This document shows positions 43,837-53,349 of a DNA stretch of 64,000 nt, piece by piece. The notes beneath the pieces are model-generated. The model searched no databases, was not told the DNA's origin, and saw nothing but the letters and a program-made list of their open reading frames with translations. The translations under genes and the position numbers were made by a program. This DNA comes from Christensenella sp. (GTDB taxonomy: Bacteria > Bacillota > Clostridia > Christensenellales > CAG-138), in assembly GCA_034927595.1 (NCBI GenBank), contig JAYFPQ010000017.1, forward strand, positions 100,544-164,543. The letters are read 5' to 3'. Positions within the stretch are counted from its first letter, which is position 1. Every line of letters begins with the position of its first letter.

Positions 43837-44705
43837 ACGATCGCTTCGAACGAGAAGAAGAGGGGATCGACTCGCTGCGCAGCCGCATGGACGCGGACGC
43901 GCGGTTTCGGCGCTCGCTGTCCGGCTACGATCCGCAGGACGTTCGCAACTATGTGGACAACGTCAAGCGAATCTTCGCACAGCAGGCGATGGCCGCAAAA
44001 CGGGAGCAGGAAGATCTGATTGCGCAGCTGGATTCGGCAAAGAGCGAGATTCAGGCAAAGAACTACGGCATCCGCAAGATGAAGGAACTGCTGATCGAAC
44101 GGGAAACGCAGTTGAACACGGCGAACACGCGCATCAACGCCCTTGCGCAGGCGGTGAAAAAGCACATACCGGAGCGCGAAGAACTCGAGTATCTGCGACA
44201 GCAGGCGGGTGGAGCGGGTGTTTCCGAGCGGATACGAACGTTGGAAACGGAAACCCGTCAACTGCGCGCCTCGATGGCGCAGGCCGCCAGGATGATGGAG
44301 AGCTGGAAGGTGGAGCGCGGCCAGATTCTGGAAGAAAACGGACGCCTGCGCAGAGAGGTGCAACTCCTGCGTGCGAACGCAAACGCGTATGCGCAGCCGC
44401 CGGAGTCATATCGGCCGTATGCCGCACCGGTCAACCCGCCGGAGCCGCCCGTGCGCCAGACGTATGCGGAACCGAGCGCGCCACCCGCCGCGGGCGTTCA
44501 GCAGGCGGAGTTTTCGCAGACGGTTGATAAGCTTGCCATGATGTTTGCGGAGGCCTACCGGCTGGTCAGCCTGCTCAAGACGAGCACGCCGGAGCCGCCG
44601 GAAACGGAGCCGGAGCAAAAGCAGCCGCCACGACCCACACAGCCGTATATGCAGATTCTGCGTCCGGAAGGCACGACCACGGACAATCTGCACAATCGAA
44701 GATAG
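43833..44705 (+). CDS. DivIVA-domain coiled-coil protein with Pro-rich C-terminus
   Basis: 290 aa from ATG 43833 (ATGA overlap with the DUF192 gene). FRRSLSGYDPQDVRNYVDNV is the DivIVA N-terminal motif, followed by long heptad-like coiled coil and a PPEPP-rich tail. Confidence 0.7.
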   Translation: MNDRFEREEEGIDSLRSRMDADARFRRSLSGYDPQDVRNYVDNVKRIFAQQAMAAKREQEDLIAQLDSAKSEIQAKNYGIRKMKELLIERETQLNTANTRINALAQAVKKHIPEREELEYLRQQAGGAGVSERIRTLETETRQLRASMAQAARMMESWKVERGQILEENGRLRREVQLLRANANAYAQPPESYRPYAAPVNPPEPPVRQTYAEPSAPPAAGVQQAEFSQTVDKLAMMFAEAYRLVSLLKTSTPEPPETEPEQKQPPRPTQPYMQILRPEGTTTDNLHNRR

Positions 44706-44730
44706 GGATTATTACGTTGGGAATAGTAAA

Positions 44731-44755
44731 AAAGACCGGTGTAAAACCGATCTTT
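44731..44755. terminator. Bidirectional terminator between the Tad operon and the convergent membrane-protein gene
   Basis: AAAAAAGACCGGT-GTAAA-ACCGATCTTT, a 9-bp stem with one mismatch, with an A-run on one side and a T-run on the other. Confidence 0.45.
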
Positions 44756-44787
44756 GAGTAACCGCAACACAAAGCGACTCGATTTCG

Positions 44788-46464
44788 TCAGTCAATTTTC
44801 TGATAGAGCGGATACTGGGTCGAGAAAAGGGCTGCCTTCCAGATGAACGTTTGGGAAAACTGCGTTGCGACCACGTAATCCTGCATCGTGACTTCGTCTC
44901 CATAGACGGATTCGAGGTCGACTGGGCCAAGCAGCAGATCCGGCGCGCCGCCCGCGGCCCAGAGCCGGAAGTTCGCTTCGTTCTCTTCTGCGGTTGCCCG
45001 GCGATGCGTGGCGTAGCCCATTGCGTCGGAACCGCCGTTGAGATTGAAAACGATGTTATGCGCAAAGTAGGGCAGCAACGTTACACTGCCGGAGTTGTTG
45101 GTGTCGAGCACGGGCTCGCCGGTAACCGGGTCTTCGTCGTCTCCCCAGCCGCACATGATTCGACTGGATTCCAAATTGTGCTCCTTGAGGTAGGCCGCCA
45201 GCGTGCGCCCGTACCCATAGTCCTGCTGAATCTCGTGTACGGAGGCGGCGACGGTCCAGTAGATCGATATACTCAGCACGAGAACGCCTAGACAGACCCG
45301 CAACGCGCGGGTGAATTCGGCTTTCTTTGCGGCACGGACCGCGTCGGGTGAATCTGCCTCGAACGTGGCTGTGCTGGACGGCTCGGTGTCCTTGCCGATG
45401 CGGGTGTCCACCCAAAGCCAGAATAGCAGAAACAGCGCGGCAATGCCGACATGATGACGTGAGATGTAGACAAACGCGCTGAACACTGCAAAGAGTATAT
45501 AGGGAATCAGCAGCAGTGTCGTGGTGTGCCGGTTGCGGGAAAGATAAATCAGCGCAGCCCAGAAGAGCAGCCCAAGAACGATCCCGCCGACCAACAAAGG
45601 CATGTAGAATTGGAAGGTCGTAAGCAGCATGACGTGCCCGGTAAAGCAGTCGTAGAAGCATGCGTCCGCGGGCAGTACCAACGCGGTATACAGCAACCGA
45701 ACGGGAAGGCTGTTCTTTGTAGCAATGCCGGAGGTTGCGTATGTGTCCGGCGCGGGTAACATCAGCAGCAGATTGACGATTGCGACGAGCAGCAACAGCG
45801 CGAGCGCCCAGACGCGGCGATCCCGAATAAAACGGGTGAACCCGTTTCGGAGAAGACCTGTTTGCAGCAGTTCGATGAGCCAAACCAGCGCGATGCCGCC
45901 CGCGAGCACGAGGCCATAGGCCGAAGCAAGGCAGAGCAGCACCAGTGGTAACACATAGCGAAACGGTCGCTCATTTCGCGCAGGATAGGCAAGCGCGGCG
46001 AGCACAAACGCGAGAAACAGTAGCGAATACGGGCGGGAAATCGCGCCGAATTGATAGAACAGAAAGAACGTAAACGGCAGCGATAGTTTCACGATTCGTA
46101 GAAACGGGGAGCGAAACAGTAGAAGCCAAACCGCGGCGGAGCAGATGACAAGGTTGACCGCCTTCAGGCCGAGTTCGTAGGGGACGCCGAGTCGGGCGGG
46201 CAGCGCGAGCAGCAGATGCCAGAGCGGCGGGTGTCCCTCGTAGTGCGGAATGGTGAACAGGATATCCCGCAGGGAGGCAACGCGGGCAATCTGCCAGGAC
46301 TGCGCCTCGTCGAACCACGGTTCGTGGAACGACGCTACGATACAAAGCAGCACAACGTAGAGCGCAAACGCAATCCATTCCGGCGCGACGCCGGGCAGGC
46401 GCTCGAACGCATCCAGCCTTTTGGAAATTGAGTGCATGGAAGTTGAGGATGTTTTCGTACGCAA
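44788..46464 (-). CDS. Polytopic membrane protein, GT-C-fold glycosyltransferase candidate (PMT/ArnT-like)
   Basis: 558 aa from TTG 46464, which has AGGAGGA 6 nt upstream (ORF open to 46632). First-loop motif HEPWFDEAQSWQIAR, more than 10 TM helices, and a soluble C-terminal domain. Confidence 0.55.
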   Translation of the reverse strand: MRTKTSSTSMHSISKRLDAFERLPGVAPEWIAFALYVVLLCIVASFHEPWFDEAQSWQIARVASLRDILFTIPHYEGHPPLWHLLLALPARLGVPYELGLKAVNLVICSAAVWLLLFRSPFLRIVKLSLPFTFFLFYQFGAISRPYSLLFLAFVLAALAYPARNERPFRYVLPLVLLCLASAYGLVLAGGIALVWLIELLQTGLLRNGFTRFIRDRRVWALALLLLVAIVNLLLMLPAPDTYATSGIATKNSLPVRLLYTALVLPADACFYDCFTGHVMLLTTFQFYMPLLVGGIVLGLLFWAALIYLSRNRHTTTLLLIPYILFAVFSAFVYISRHHVGIAALFLLFWLWVDTRIGKDTEPSSTATFEADSPDAVRAAKKAEFTRALRVCLGVLVLSISIYWTVAASVHEIQQDYGYGRTLAAYLKEHNLESSRIMCGWGDDEDPVTGEPVLDTNNSGSVTLLPYFAHNIVFNLNGGSDAMGYATHRRATAEENEANFRLWAAGGAPDLLLGPVDLESVYGDEVTMQDYVVATQFSQTFIWKAALFSTQYPLYQKID

Positions 46465-46685
46465 CGGGCGTCCTCCTGATTGAGCAAGACTTGACGAATG
46501 GATGAAGCCGGCGATGGCGGCGTCCATATTCTGCTTGGAAATGTTGTTTCGTGTTCTAGTATAACGCCGAAACAGAACGCCGTAAAGCGGCGGCCTCGTC
46601 GGCTCTTTCGTTGGAATATGCGGAGGAATCAACCGAAAAACGGTTATAGAAGCGGGTTCTATTTGAGATTCACGGAGGAATATAC

Positions 46686-47825
46686 ATGCGCGTCATCAGG
46701 AATTGGTTCAAGAAGGAATCCGGACAGTCGGTCATCCTTGTTGCCCTTGCGTTGGTGGTTCTGTGCGGATTTGCCGCGCTGGGCGTGGACATTGGTGTTC
46801 AGTCCACCAGTCAGGGGCAGCTGCAAAACGCCGCCGACGCCGCAGCGCTTGCCGCCGCGCGGGAACTGCCCAGCGCCAGCGTTGCAGCGACCAAAGCCGC
46901 GCAGTATGCGCAGATAAACGGCGTTGACGCGGGCAGGACGACCACGACGACCCCGTATAAAGGGAACGCAAATCGAATTGAGGTTGTCTGCAAGGATACG
47001 GTTCAGTTCTCGTTTGCGCGAATCTTTGGGCTAAAGTCTACGGAGATCACCGCCCGCGCCGTTGCGGAAAAGACCGGCATGACCGGCGGCCCGTTTGGTT
47101 ACGCGATTTTCAGCGGCAGCAAGAACAGCAGACTTGGTCTTTTTCAATCAGAGCTGACGGTCAAGGGCAACGTCCACGGAAACCAGGAGGTCATGGTAAA
47201 CGGCTCGAACTTGACTTTCAACGGCAACATTGAGGCGGCCGGGCAGTTCTCGACCAGCAGCAGCTCGATTACGGTCACGGGAACCGCACAAGGCTCCCCC
47301 GCCTACGCTTGGGGCGGTACCAGCGGCATTGCGAATCTACTGAATGCCGCGGCATCTGTGGTCGATATAGCACCGGTTGACCTCGCCGCAGCCGCGCTCG
47401 CAAAAGCGCAGGCAAACGGTACCTACTACAACGGCAGCCAGACCTTTGGCAGCAGCCTCAACTTGGACAAATGTGTCTACGTCAATGGCAATGTCACCTT
47501 AGCGGGAACAACGTTCTCGGGTGTCGGCATGCTGGTTGCGACAGGCAACATCACGATCGCCAGCAGCAGCATCGAAGCCTCGTCCGCGGCATCGGCCTGC
47601 ATCTATTCCACAAACGGTAATATTGAAATCAGTGCCTCAAATGTTCGCGTCGACGGTGTGTTATACGCCCCCAACGGGCGCATACAGATCAGCCAAGCAA
47701 ATTGCGTTATCAACGGCCGCGTGATCGGCAATGAGGTGCAGCTTAACGGCAGTAACACAAAGGTCCTTTCTGATTCAAACGATCTTGCATTCCTGCCCGG
47801 CGGCGGCGTTACGCTGGTTGAGTAG
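46686..47825 (+). CDS. TadG-like (Tad-domain) pilus-associated protein with beta-helix-like repeat C-terminus
   Basis: 379 aa. N-terminus KKESGQSVILVALALVVLCGFAALGVDIG..QLQNAADAAALAAA is the TadG/Tad N-terminal domain. The C-terminus holds repetitive GNV/GNI..NGSN segments. Confidence 0.75.
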   Translation: MRVIRNWFKKESGQSVILVALALVVLCGFAALGVDIGVQSTSQGQLQNAADAAALAAARELPSASVAATKAAQYAQINGVDAGRTTTTTPYKGNANRIEVVCKDTVQFSFARIFGLKSTEITARAVAEKTGMTGGPFGYAIFSGSKNSRLGLFQSELTVKGNVHGNQEVMVNGSNLTFNGNIEAAGQFSTSSSSITVTGTAQGSPAYAWGGTSGIANLLNAAASVVDIAPVDLAAAALAKAQANGTYYNGSQTFGSSLNLDKCVYVNGNVTLAGTTFSGVGMLVATGNITIASSSIEASSAASACIYSTNGNIEISASNVRVDGVLYAPNGRIQISQANCVINGRVIGNEVQLNGSNTKVLSDSNDLAFLPGGGVTLVE

Positions 47826-47849
47826 AACCGAATACGAATAAACGCAAGA

Positions 47850-47882
47850 GGCCGTCCGGCTAACCGGACGGCCCCTTTTGTG
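47850..47882 (+). terminator. Intrinsic terminator after the TadG-like gene
   Basis: Perfect 10-bp stem GGCCGTCCGG-CTAA-CCGGACGGCC followed by CCTTTTGTG. Confidence 0.8.
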
Positions 47883-48023
47883 TTGCTGAACTACGGACAA
47901 TGCAACAAATGGCGCAAAAAGGACCTATTTCTCGTCCAATTCAGAAAGCGCTCTGAACCTTGAAACGGGATAATTCCCCTGTTCTTGGATGTGATACGTC
48001 GAAAATAGTTTCGTGACTTTTTA

Positions 48024-48052
48024 TTGACGGCCAGAGAAAACACGGCTATATT
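48024..48052 (+). promoter_or_regulatory. Putative sigma-A promoter of ABC operon 1
   Basis: TTGACG (48024-48029), 17-nt spacer, TATATT (48047-48052). Confidence 0.45.
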
Positions 48053-48306
48053 GGCAGTGTTAAGTAAGTTCAGACCGAAACAATTTTCGGAAATAATCTA
48101 ACGATAGCATATTAAATCCCGTCCAGGGCACTCCTTCGCGGCACATCGCCGTAGTGAACATCCCAGCAATGGCGCTTGGAACAGAAGATACTCTTACAAA
48201 AGCTCCACCCGAAACAGGCGAAACTGTTTTCGGCGTGAGCGTTCGATTTTACGCAAAATTTCGAAAACTGCGCAAGGCCGCAACGTTTGGAGGACAAAGA
48301 CAACTC

Positions 48307-49299
48307 ATGGAACGCAAAAACATCTTTCGGCAACTCCTCGAAAAATTCATCGACATCCGCGAGGCGGGTGTACTCATGCCGCTGCTGCTTGCGGTGATTC
48401 TGTTCACTGCCAAGAGCGACAAGTTCCTCTCGGTCAGCAATATGACAAACGTCATGCGCACCGCGGCGTTTACCATCATCACCTCCATCGGTCAGGCATT
48501 CCTGATCATCGCGGGCAGCTGGGATATTTCGGTTGGCGCGGTGTTCTCCGTCGGCGGCGTGGCCGCGGCGGCGCTGATGAGCTACTACGGCTTCCCGATC
48601 TGGCTCGCGGTGCTGGTTGCCCTCGTGATTGGCGGCATCTTCGGCGTGTTCAACGGCTTTCTCGTGCAGAAGATCAAACTCCCGCCGTTCATCGCCACCA
48701 TGGGCACCATGTACGCGGCGCGCGGCCTCTGCACCGGTTACACAAAAGGCGTTTCGGTTTATCCGCTGCCGGATGCTTTCCTCGGCATTGGACAGGGCGG
48801 AATCGCGATTGGCAGCTACCAACTGCCGTATGTCATCGTGATTGCGCTCGTCATGGCGGTGATTGCCGGGTTCATCCTAAGATACACGGCGTACGGCCGG
48901 CGGCTTTTTGCCGCGGGCGGCAACGGCGAGGCGGCGCGGCTCGCGGGCATCCCGACCGTTAAGATTCGTTTCTCGGCCTTCGTGCTCACTGGCGTTCTCG
49001 CGGCTCTGACCGGTGTGCTGATGGCCTCCCGCGTTGGCAGCGCCCAGCCGAACATTGGCTCCGGCTTTGAAATGACCGTCGTCGCGGCTTGCGTCATCGG
49101 CGGTATCAATATGGAAGGCGGCGCGGGATCCATCGTCGGCGTGGTGATGGGTAGTTTCTTCATGGCGATGATCAGCAACGGTATGACGCTCATCAAGATC
49201 GACGCCTATTGGCAGCAGCTCGTCATTGGACTTGTGCTCATCTTCGCCTGCTCGCTCGAATATCTCAGAAATCGCATTCGCGCCAGCCTGAACCGATAA
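48307..49299 (+). CDS. Sugar ABC transporter permease (RbsC/BPD_transp_2 type)
   Basis: 330 aa from ATG 48307 behind GGAGGA. TAAFTIITSIGQAFLIIAGSWDISVGAV and GGINMEGGAGSIVGVVMG are typical of ribose-type permeases. Confidence 0.88.
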   Translation: MERKNIFRQLLEKFIDIREAGVLMPLLLAVILFTAKSDKFLSVSNMTNVMRTAAFTIITSIGQAFLIIAGSWDISVGAVFSVGGVAAAALMSYYGFPIWLAVLVALVIGGIFGVFNGFLVQKIKLPPFIATMGTMYAARGLCTGYTKGVSVYPLPDAFLGIGQGGIAIGSYQLPYVIVIALVMAVIAGFILRYTAYGRRLFAAGGNGEAARLAGIPTVKIRFSAFVLTGVLAALTGVLMASRVGSAQPNIGSGFEMTVVAACVIGGINMEGGAGSIVGVVMGSFFMAMISNGMTLIKIDAYWQQLVIGLVLIFACSLEYLRNRIRASLNR

Positions 49300-49312
49300 G
49301 GAGGGGGCGCAT

Positions 49313-50830
49313 ATGGCAAAAACAGTACTCGAAATGAAGGGGGTCACGAAGTCGTTTGGTGCGACGAAAGCCCTCAAACAGGTTTCGATTGATCTAAACG
49401 AACGCGAAATCCTCGCCATCTGCGGCGAGAACGGCGCGGGCAAGTCCACGCTGATGAAGGTGCTCAGCGGCAGCTACGAATACGGCAGCTACGACGGAGA
49501 GATCTTCATCGACGGCAAACCCTGCGTGTTTCGGACCCCTGCGGACGCTTCCGCTGCGGGAATCGAGATGATCTATCAGGAGATCAGCGTGCACCTCGAC
49601 CTCTCCGATGCGGAGAATATCTTTCTTGGCCGCGTTCCGCTCCAAGCCGGAATCGTGCAGTGGAAGCGTATGAACGAGGAAGCCAAGGCGTTTGCCGATA
49701 TGGTCGGTCTCAAGGTTCCCGTGACCACGCATCTAAGGGACTTGAGTGCTTCCCAGTGCCAGATGGTGTCGATTGCCCGCGCGCTGAGCCGGAATCCGAA
49801 GATTCTCGTGCTGGACGAGCCGACCTCGCCGCTGACGGACGCCGAGGTGGAGGAGCTGTTTAAGATTCTGAATCGCCTGCGGGACAACGGCATCTCCTGC
49901 ATCTACATCAGCCACAAGATCAAGGAGATCAAGAGGCTCGCGGATCGCGTCTGCATCATGCGCGACGGCGCGCACGTCTGGACGAAACCCGCCGCCGAGG
50001 TGAGCACGGAGGAGATCGTCGAGGCAATGGTCAACCGCAAGATCGGCAACCTCTATCCGAAAGAATCGGTTGAGATTGGGCAAGAGGCGCTCTCGGTCAA
50101 GAACCTTCGCGTCAAGCACCCCTATAACCGCAAGAAATACATCGTGGACGGCGTGGACTTTTGCGTCCACAAGGGTGAAATTCTGGGTCTCGTGGGACTC
50201 GTTGGTTCTGGGCGCAGCGAAACGGTAAACGCCATCTTTGGCGCAATCGACGGCAGCTACGACGAACTGCGCATCGACGGCAAACCGACGCGGATTTCAA
50301 GTCCGCAGGACGCGATTCGAAAAGGGCTCGCCCTGCTGAGCGAAGACCGCAAGGTCAACGGCTTTATTCCGACGCTCAATCTCGCGCGAAACATTACGCT
50401 CGCGCGACTGGACAAGGTGTTCCACAGCGGACTTCTGGATCGTGAAACGGAGCGCAAGATCGGGCGGGAATACATCGACCGCTTGAGTATTAAGGCAAAT
50501 TCCGAGCGGGACATGGTCACGAGCCTGTCCGGCGGGAATCAGCAGAAGGTCGTCCTCGCCAAATGGCTGCTCGCGGAGCCGAAAGTGCTGCTGCTGGACG
50601 AGCCGACGCGCGGCATCGACGTTGGCGCGAAGGCGCAGATTTACCAGATTATGACGCAACTGGTCCGTCAGGGAATGGGCATCGTCATGATCTCCTCCGA
50701 ACTCACGGAGCTCGTCGGCATGTGCGACCGCTACCTGTTGCTGGCCGACGGCAAGATCCGCGCCGAACTGACCCGCGAAGACGCGGACGAGGAGAAGTTC
50801 CTTCGCATCTGCTCCGGCAGCACGCTCTGA
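49313..50830 (+). CDS. Sugar ABC transporter ATP-binding protein (duplicated ABC domains, RbsA/MglA type)
   Basis: 505 aa. Walker A GENGAGKST, signature LSGGNQQKV, Walker B LLLDEPTRGID, and a second degenerate ABC module. Confidence 0.93.
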   Translation: MAKTVLEMKGVTKSFGATKALKQVSIDLNEREILAICGENGAGKSTLMKVLSGSYEYGSYDGEIFIDGKPCVFRTPADASAAGIEMIYQEISVHLDLSDAENIFLGRVPLQAGIVQWKRMNEEAKAFADMVGLKVPVTTHLRDLSASQCQMVSIARALSRNPKILVLDEPTSPLTDAEVEELFKILNRLRDNGISCIYISHKIKEIKRLADRVCIMRDGAHVWTKPAAEVSTEEIVEAMVNRKIGNLYPKESVEIGQEALSVKNLRVKHPYNRKKYIVDGVDFCVHKGEILGLVGLVGSGRSETVNAIFGAIDGSYDELRIDGKPTRISSPQDAIRKGLALLSEDRKVNGFIPTLNLARNITLARLDKVFHSGLLDRETERKIGREYIDRLSIKANSERDMVTSLSGGNQQKVVLAKWLLAEPKVLLLDEPTRGIDVGAKAQIYQIMTQLVRQGMGIVMISSELTELVGMCDRYLLLADGKIRAELTREDADEEKFLRICSGSTL

Positions 50831-50921
50831 CCCAAGAATTGTCATATTATGGTTGCTCATGCTCTCCCGGGGGGCATTGACACAATAGAAACAAGCAAAT
50901 AATACAGGAGGAAATATCCAG

Positions 50922-51989
50922 ATGAAGAAAATACTGATCCTGGTACTTGCCCTGATGCTGACGTTTGGCGCGTTTGCCTGCAGCAGCACGCCCGCACCGG
51001 CCGCAGAACCTGCGGCGGAAGCGGCGACAGAACCCGCCCAGGCAGCGGAACCGGCAGCCGAACCCGCCGCGGCAGACCAACCCTACGTGATTCTGGTCAA
51101 CGCGCTGGTCGGCCACCCGGTCTACGAACAGCAGGCCGAAGCCGCCCGTAAAGCAGCGGAAGAATACGGCGTAAAGCTCGAAATCATCGGGCCGACGTTT
51201 GGAACGACCAGCATCGTGACGGACTACATCGCCGCGATGGAAAACGCCATTACGCTTCAGCCGGATGCCATCATTGGCGAACCGTTTGACCCGTCCCTCT
51301 TCGAAGTGTTTGACCGCGTGAAGCAGGCCGGCATTCCGATGTTCCTGACCTCCAACCTGCTGGAAGACGACAGCGCGTTTGTCGCCTGGATCGGCACGGA
51401 TAACTACAACTACGGCGTCAACGCGGCGGACATGATCGCCGCCAAGACCGACGGAAAAGCGAACATCTGTGTCGTGATGGGCGACCTTGCGACCACGAAC
51501 CAGGTTGAACAGCGCAAAGGTCTCGAAGAGCGCATGGCCGAGAAATATCCGGATATGAAGATCACGAACGTGGTCGCGGATAAAAACGACGTTGCAACCG
51601 CGATGAGCGTCATCGAAGACACGCTGAACACCTACCCCGAGACCAACGTCGTCATCATGCTCGAATCCACCGGCGGCCCGGGCGTTGTGCAGGTCTGCCA
51701 GGAAACGGGACGCACCGATGTGCTGATTCTGGACATCGACGCGGTTGAAGCAACCATCGACAACATCAAGGCCGGCAAGGTCTGGGCAACGCTCGCGCAG
51801 AACTTCTACAAGCGCGGCTACGAGTCCGTCCGCATGGCGTATGAATACCTCACCGAAGGCGACGCGGCAACCTTTGCCAAGCTCAACGACTCCGGCACGG
51901 TTCTCATCGACCAGTCGAACGCCGCCACCTATGCCGAAGACCTCTGGGGCGCAATCGTCTACAAGGGAACGCCCTGGCCCGCGAAATAA
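50922..51989 (+). CDS. Sugar ABC substrate-binding lipoprotein (PBP1, RbsB-like)
   Basis: 355 aa. Lipobox FGAFAC, a PAAEPAAE-type linker, then a PBP type 1 fold (YVILVNALVGHPVYEQQ..). Confidence 0.85.
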   Translation: MKKILILVLALMLTFGAFACSSTPAPAAEPAAEAATEPAQAAEPAAEPAAADQPYVILVNALVGHPVYEQQAEAARKAAEEYGVKLEIIGPTFGTTSIVTDYIAAMENAITLQPDAIIGEPFDPSLFEVFDRVKQAGIPMFLTSNLLEDDSAFVAWIGTDNYNYGVNAADMIAAKTDGKANICVVMGDLATTNQVEQRKGLEERMAEKYPDMKITNVVADKNDVATAMSVIEDTLNTYPETNVVIMLESTGGPGVVQVCQETGRTDVLILDIDAVEATIDNIKAGKVWATLAQNFYKRGYESVRMAYEYLTEGDAATFAKLNDSGTVLIDQSNAATYAEDLWGAIVYKGTPWPAK

Positions 51990-52152
51990 CGAGAAACAAC
52001 ACATGCTCCGGCGGGGCGGCACTGCGCCGCTCCGCCCGGGCACAACCACTTCAAACGTAAGGCGACCACTCCCTGCATAGGGAAGCAAGCGATTCCGCCG
52101 ATCGCTTGCACGAAAAATGCGGTCAAAGACGACCGTGAAAGAGGGCAGAGCC

Positions 52153-53190
52153 ATGCCGAAGATGCGCGACATCGCCGAAAAGACCGGTCTCAACATCTCC
52201 ACCGTCTCGCGCGCGCTGCGCGACGCACCGGACATCAGCCCGGAGACGGTGAGTCTGGTCAAGCGCGCCGCCATGCAGATGGGCTACCACCTGCGCACCA
52301 GCGCAAAGGGGAGCAATACCGTTGGGTTGATTGTGCCCGAGGTCGGCAGCCATTATTATTCCGAAATGGTGGAGACCGTTGAGCGCGAACTCAAGAAACG
52401 TGGTTACTCGATGATTGTCGTCATCGGCGGGTTTGACGTTGGCGGAATTTTAACCGCGTTTGACCAGATGCTCAAGCACGACATCTGCGGCATGATCGTC
52501 AACGACTGCTTCGTGCTCAACGCCAAGGACGACATTCAAAAGCACGACCGCATTGCGCACTCCGTCGTGCCGCTCGTGCTGATTTCGGAAAACAAGGTCA
52601 TCCTGCCGGTGGATACCATTTCGATTGCAAACGAAATGGCTGTGCGGCAGGCACTGGATCATCTCATTGAGCTGGGGCATCGCGAAATTGGCTACATCGG
52701 CGAGTTTGCGTCCGATGTGCGATACCTCGCCTTTACGCGCTATCTCAAGGAACTGGGCTTGCCCGTTCGGGAGGAGCACATGAAGCGCGGAAAGGAACGC
52801 TTTGAGCTGGGTGGCTACCTCCGCGCCAAGGAACTGCTCAAGGAGCAGGGCGAACCGCGCGTAACCGCCGTGCTCGCCTGCTACGACCAGGTTGCGCTCG
52901 GCGCGTTGGACGCGTTCGCCGAGGAGGGCGTTCGCGTACCGGAGGATCTCTCGATCATTGGCTTTGACAACATCATTCTAAACGACTACCTGCCGATTCA
53001 GCTGACCTCCATCTCGAACCCGACTGAGCAGCTCAGTGCGCTCGCGGTCAAGCTCTTAATGGACAATCTGGTGGAAAAGGAAGAGCACGTGGTTCAGAAT
53101 GTTTCGCTTCAGCCGCGGCTTGTGGTGCGGGGTTCAACCCGACCGCCGCGCGAATCAACACCGACCGATGCGGAGAATCCGCACGAGTAA
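52153..53190 (+). CDS. LacI-family transcriptional regulator
   Basis: 345 aa from ATG 52153. HTH MRDIAEKTGLNISTVSRALRD plus a PBP1-like effector domain. Confidence 0.9.
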   Translation: MPKMRDIAEKTGLNISTVSRALRDAPDISPETVSLVKRAAMQMGYHLRTSAKGSNTVGLIVPEVGSHYYSEMVETVERELKKRGYSMIVVIGGFDVGGILTAFDQMLKHDICGMIVNDCFVLNAKDDIQKHDRIAHSVVPLVLISENKVILPVDTISIANEMAVRQALDHLIELGHREIGYIGEFASDVRYLAFTRYLKELGLPVREEHMKRGKERFELGGYLRAKELLKEQGEPRVTAVLACYDQVALGALDAFAEEGVRVPEDLSIIGFDNIILNDYLPIQLTSISNPTEQLSALAVKLLMDNLVEKEEHVVQNVSLQPRLVVRGSTRPPRESTPTDAENPHE

Positions 53191-53349
53191 GCAACAGTAT
53201 TTTTTCCAGTGGAAAACAGCATACCATCGACGGTCCGTTTCGGCGGATGCGTGGTTGCTGTCGTCCAAACGGACCAAATTTTGAAAAATATCGCATACAC
53301 GGGAAAAGCTCCGGCTGCATGCGAATGCAATAGGACAGGAAAAGACCAT

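Noticed and set aside
35982-47825. Missing secretin (CpaC/RcpA) and TadD in the Tad locus, read as a sign of a degenerate system.
   Set aside because: Absence of an outer-membrane secretin is expected in a monoderm host, and sortase/LPXTG genes are present in the same window. All inner-membrane and cytoplasmic core components are intact.
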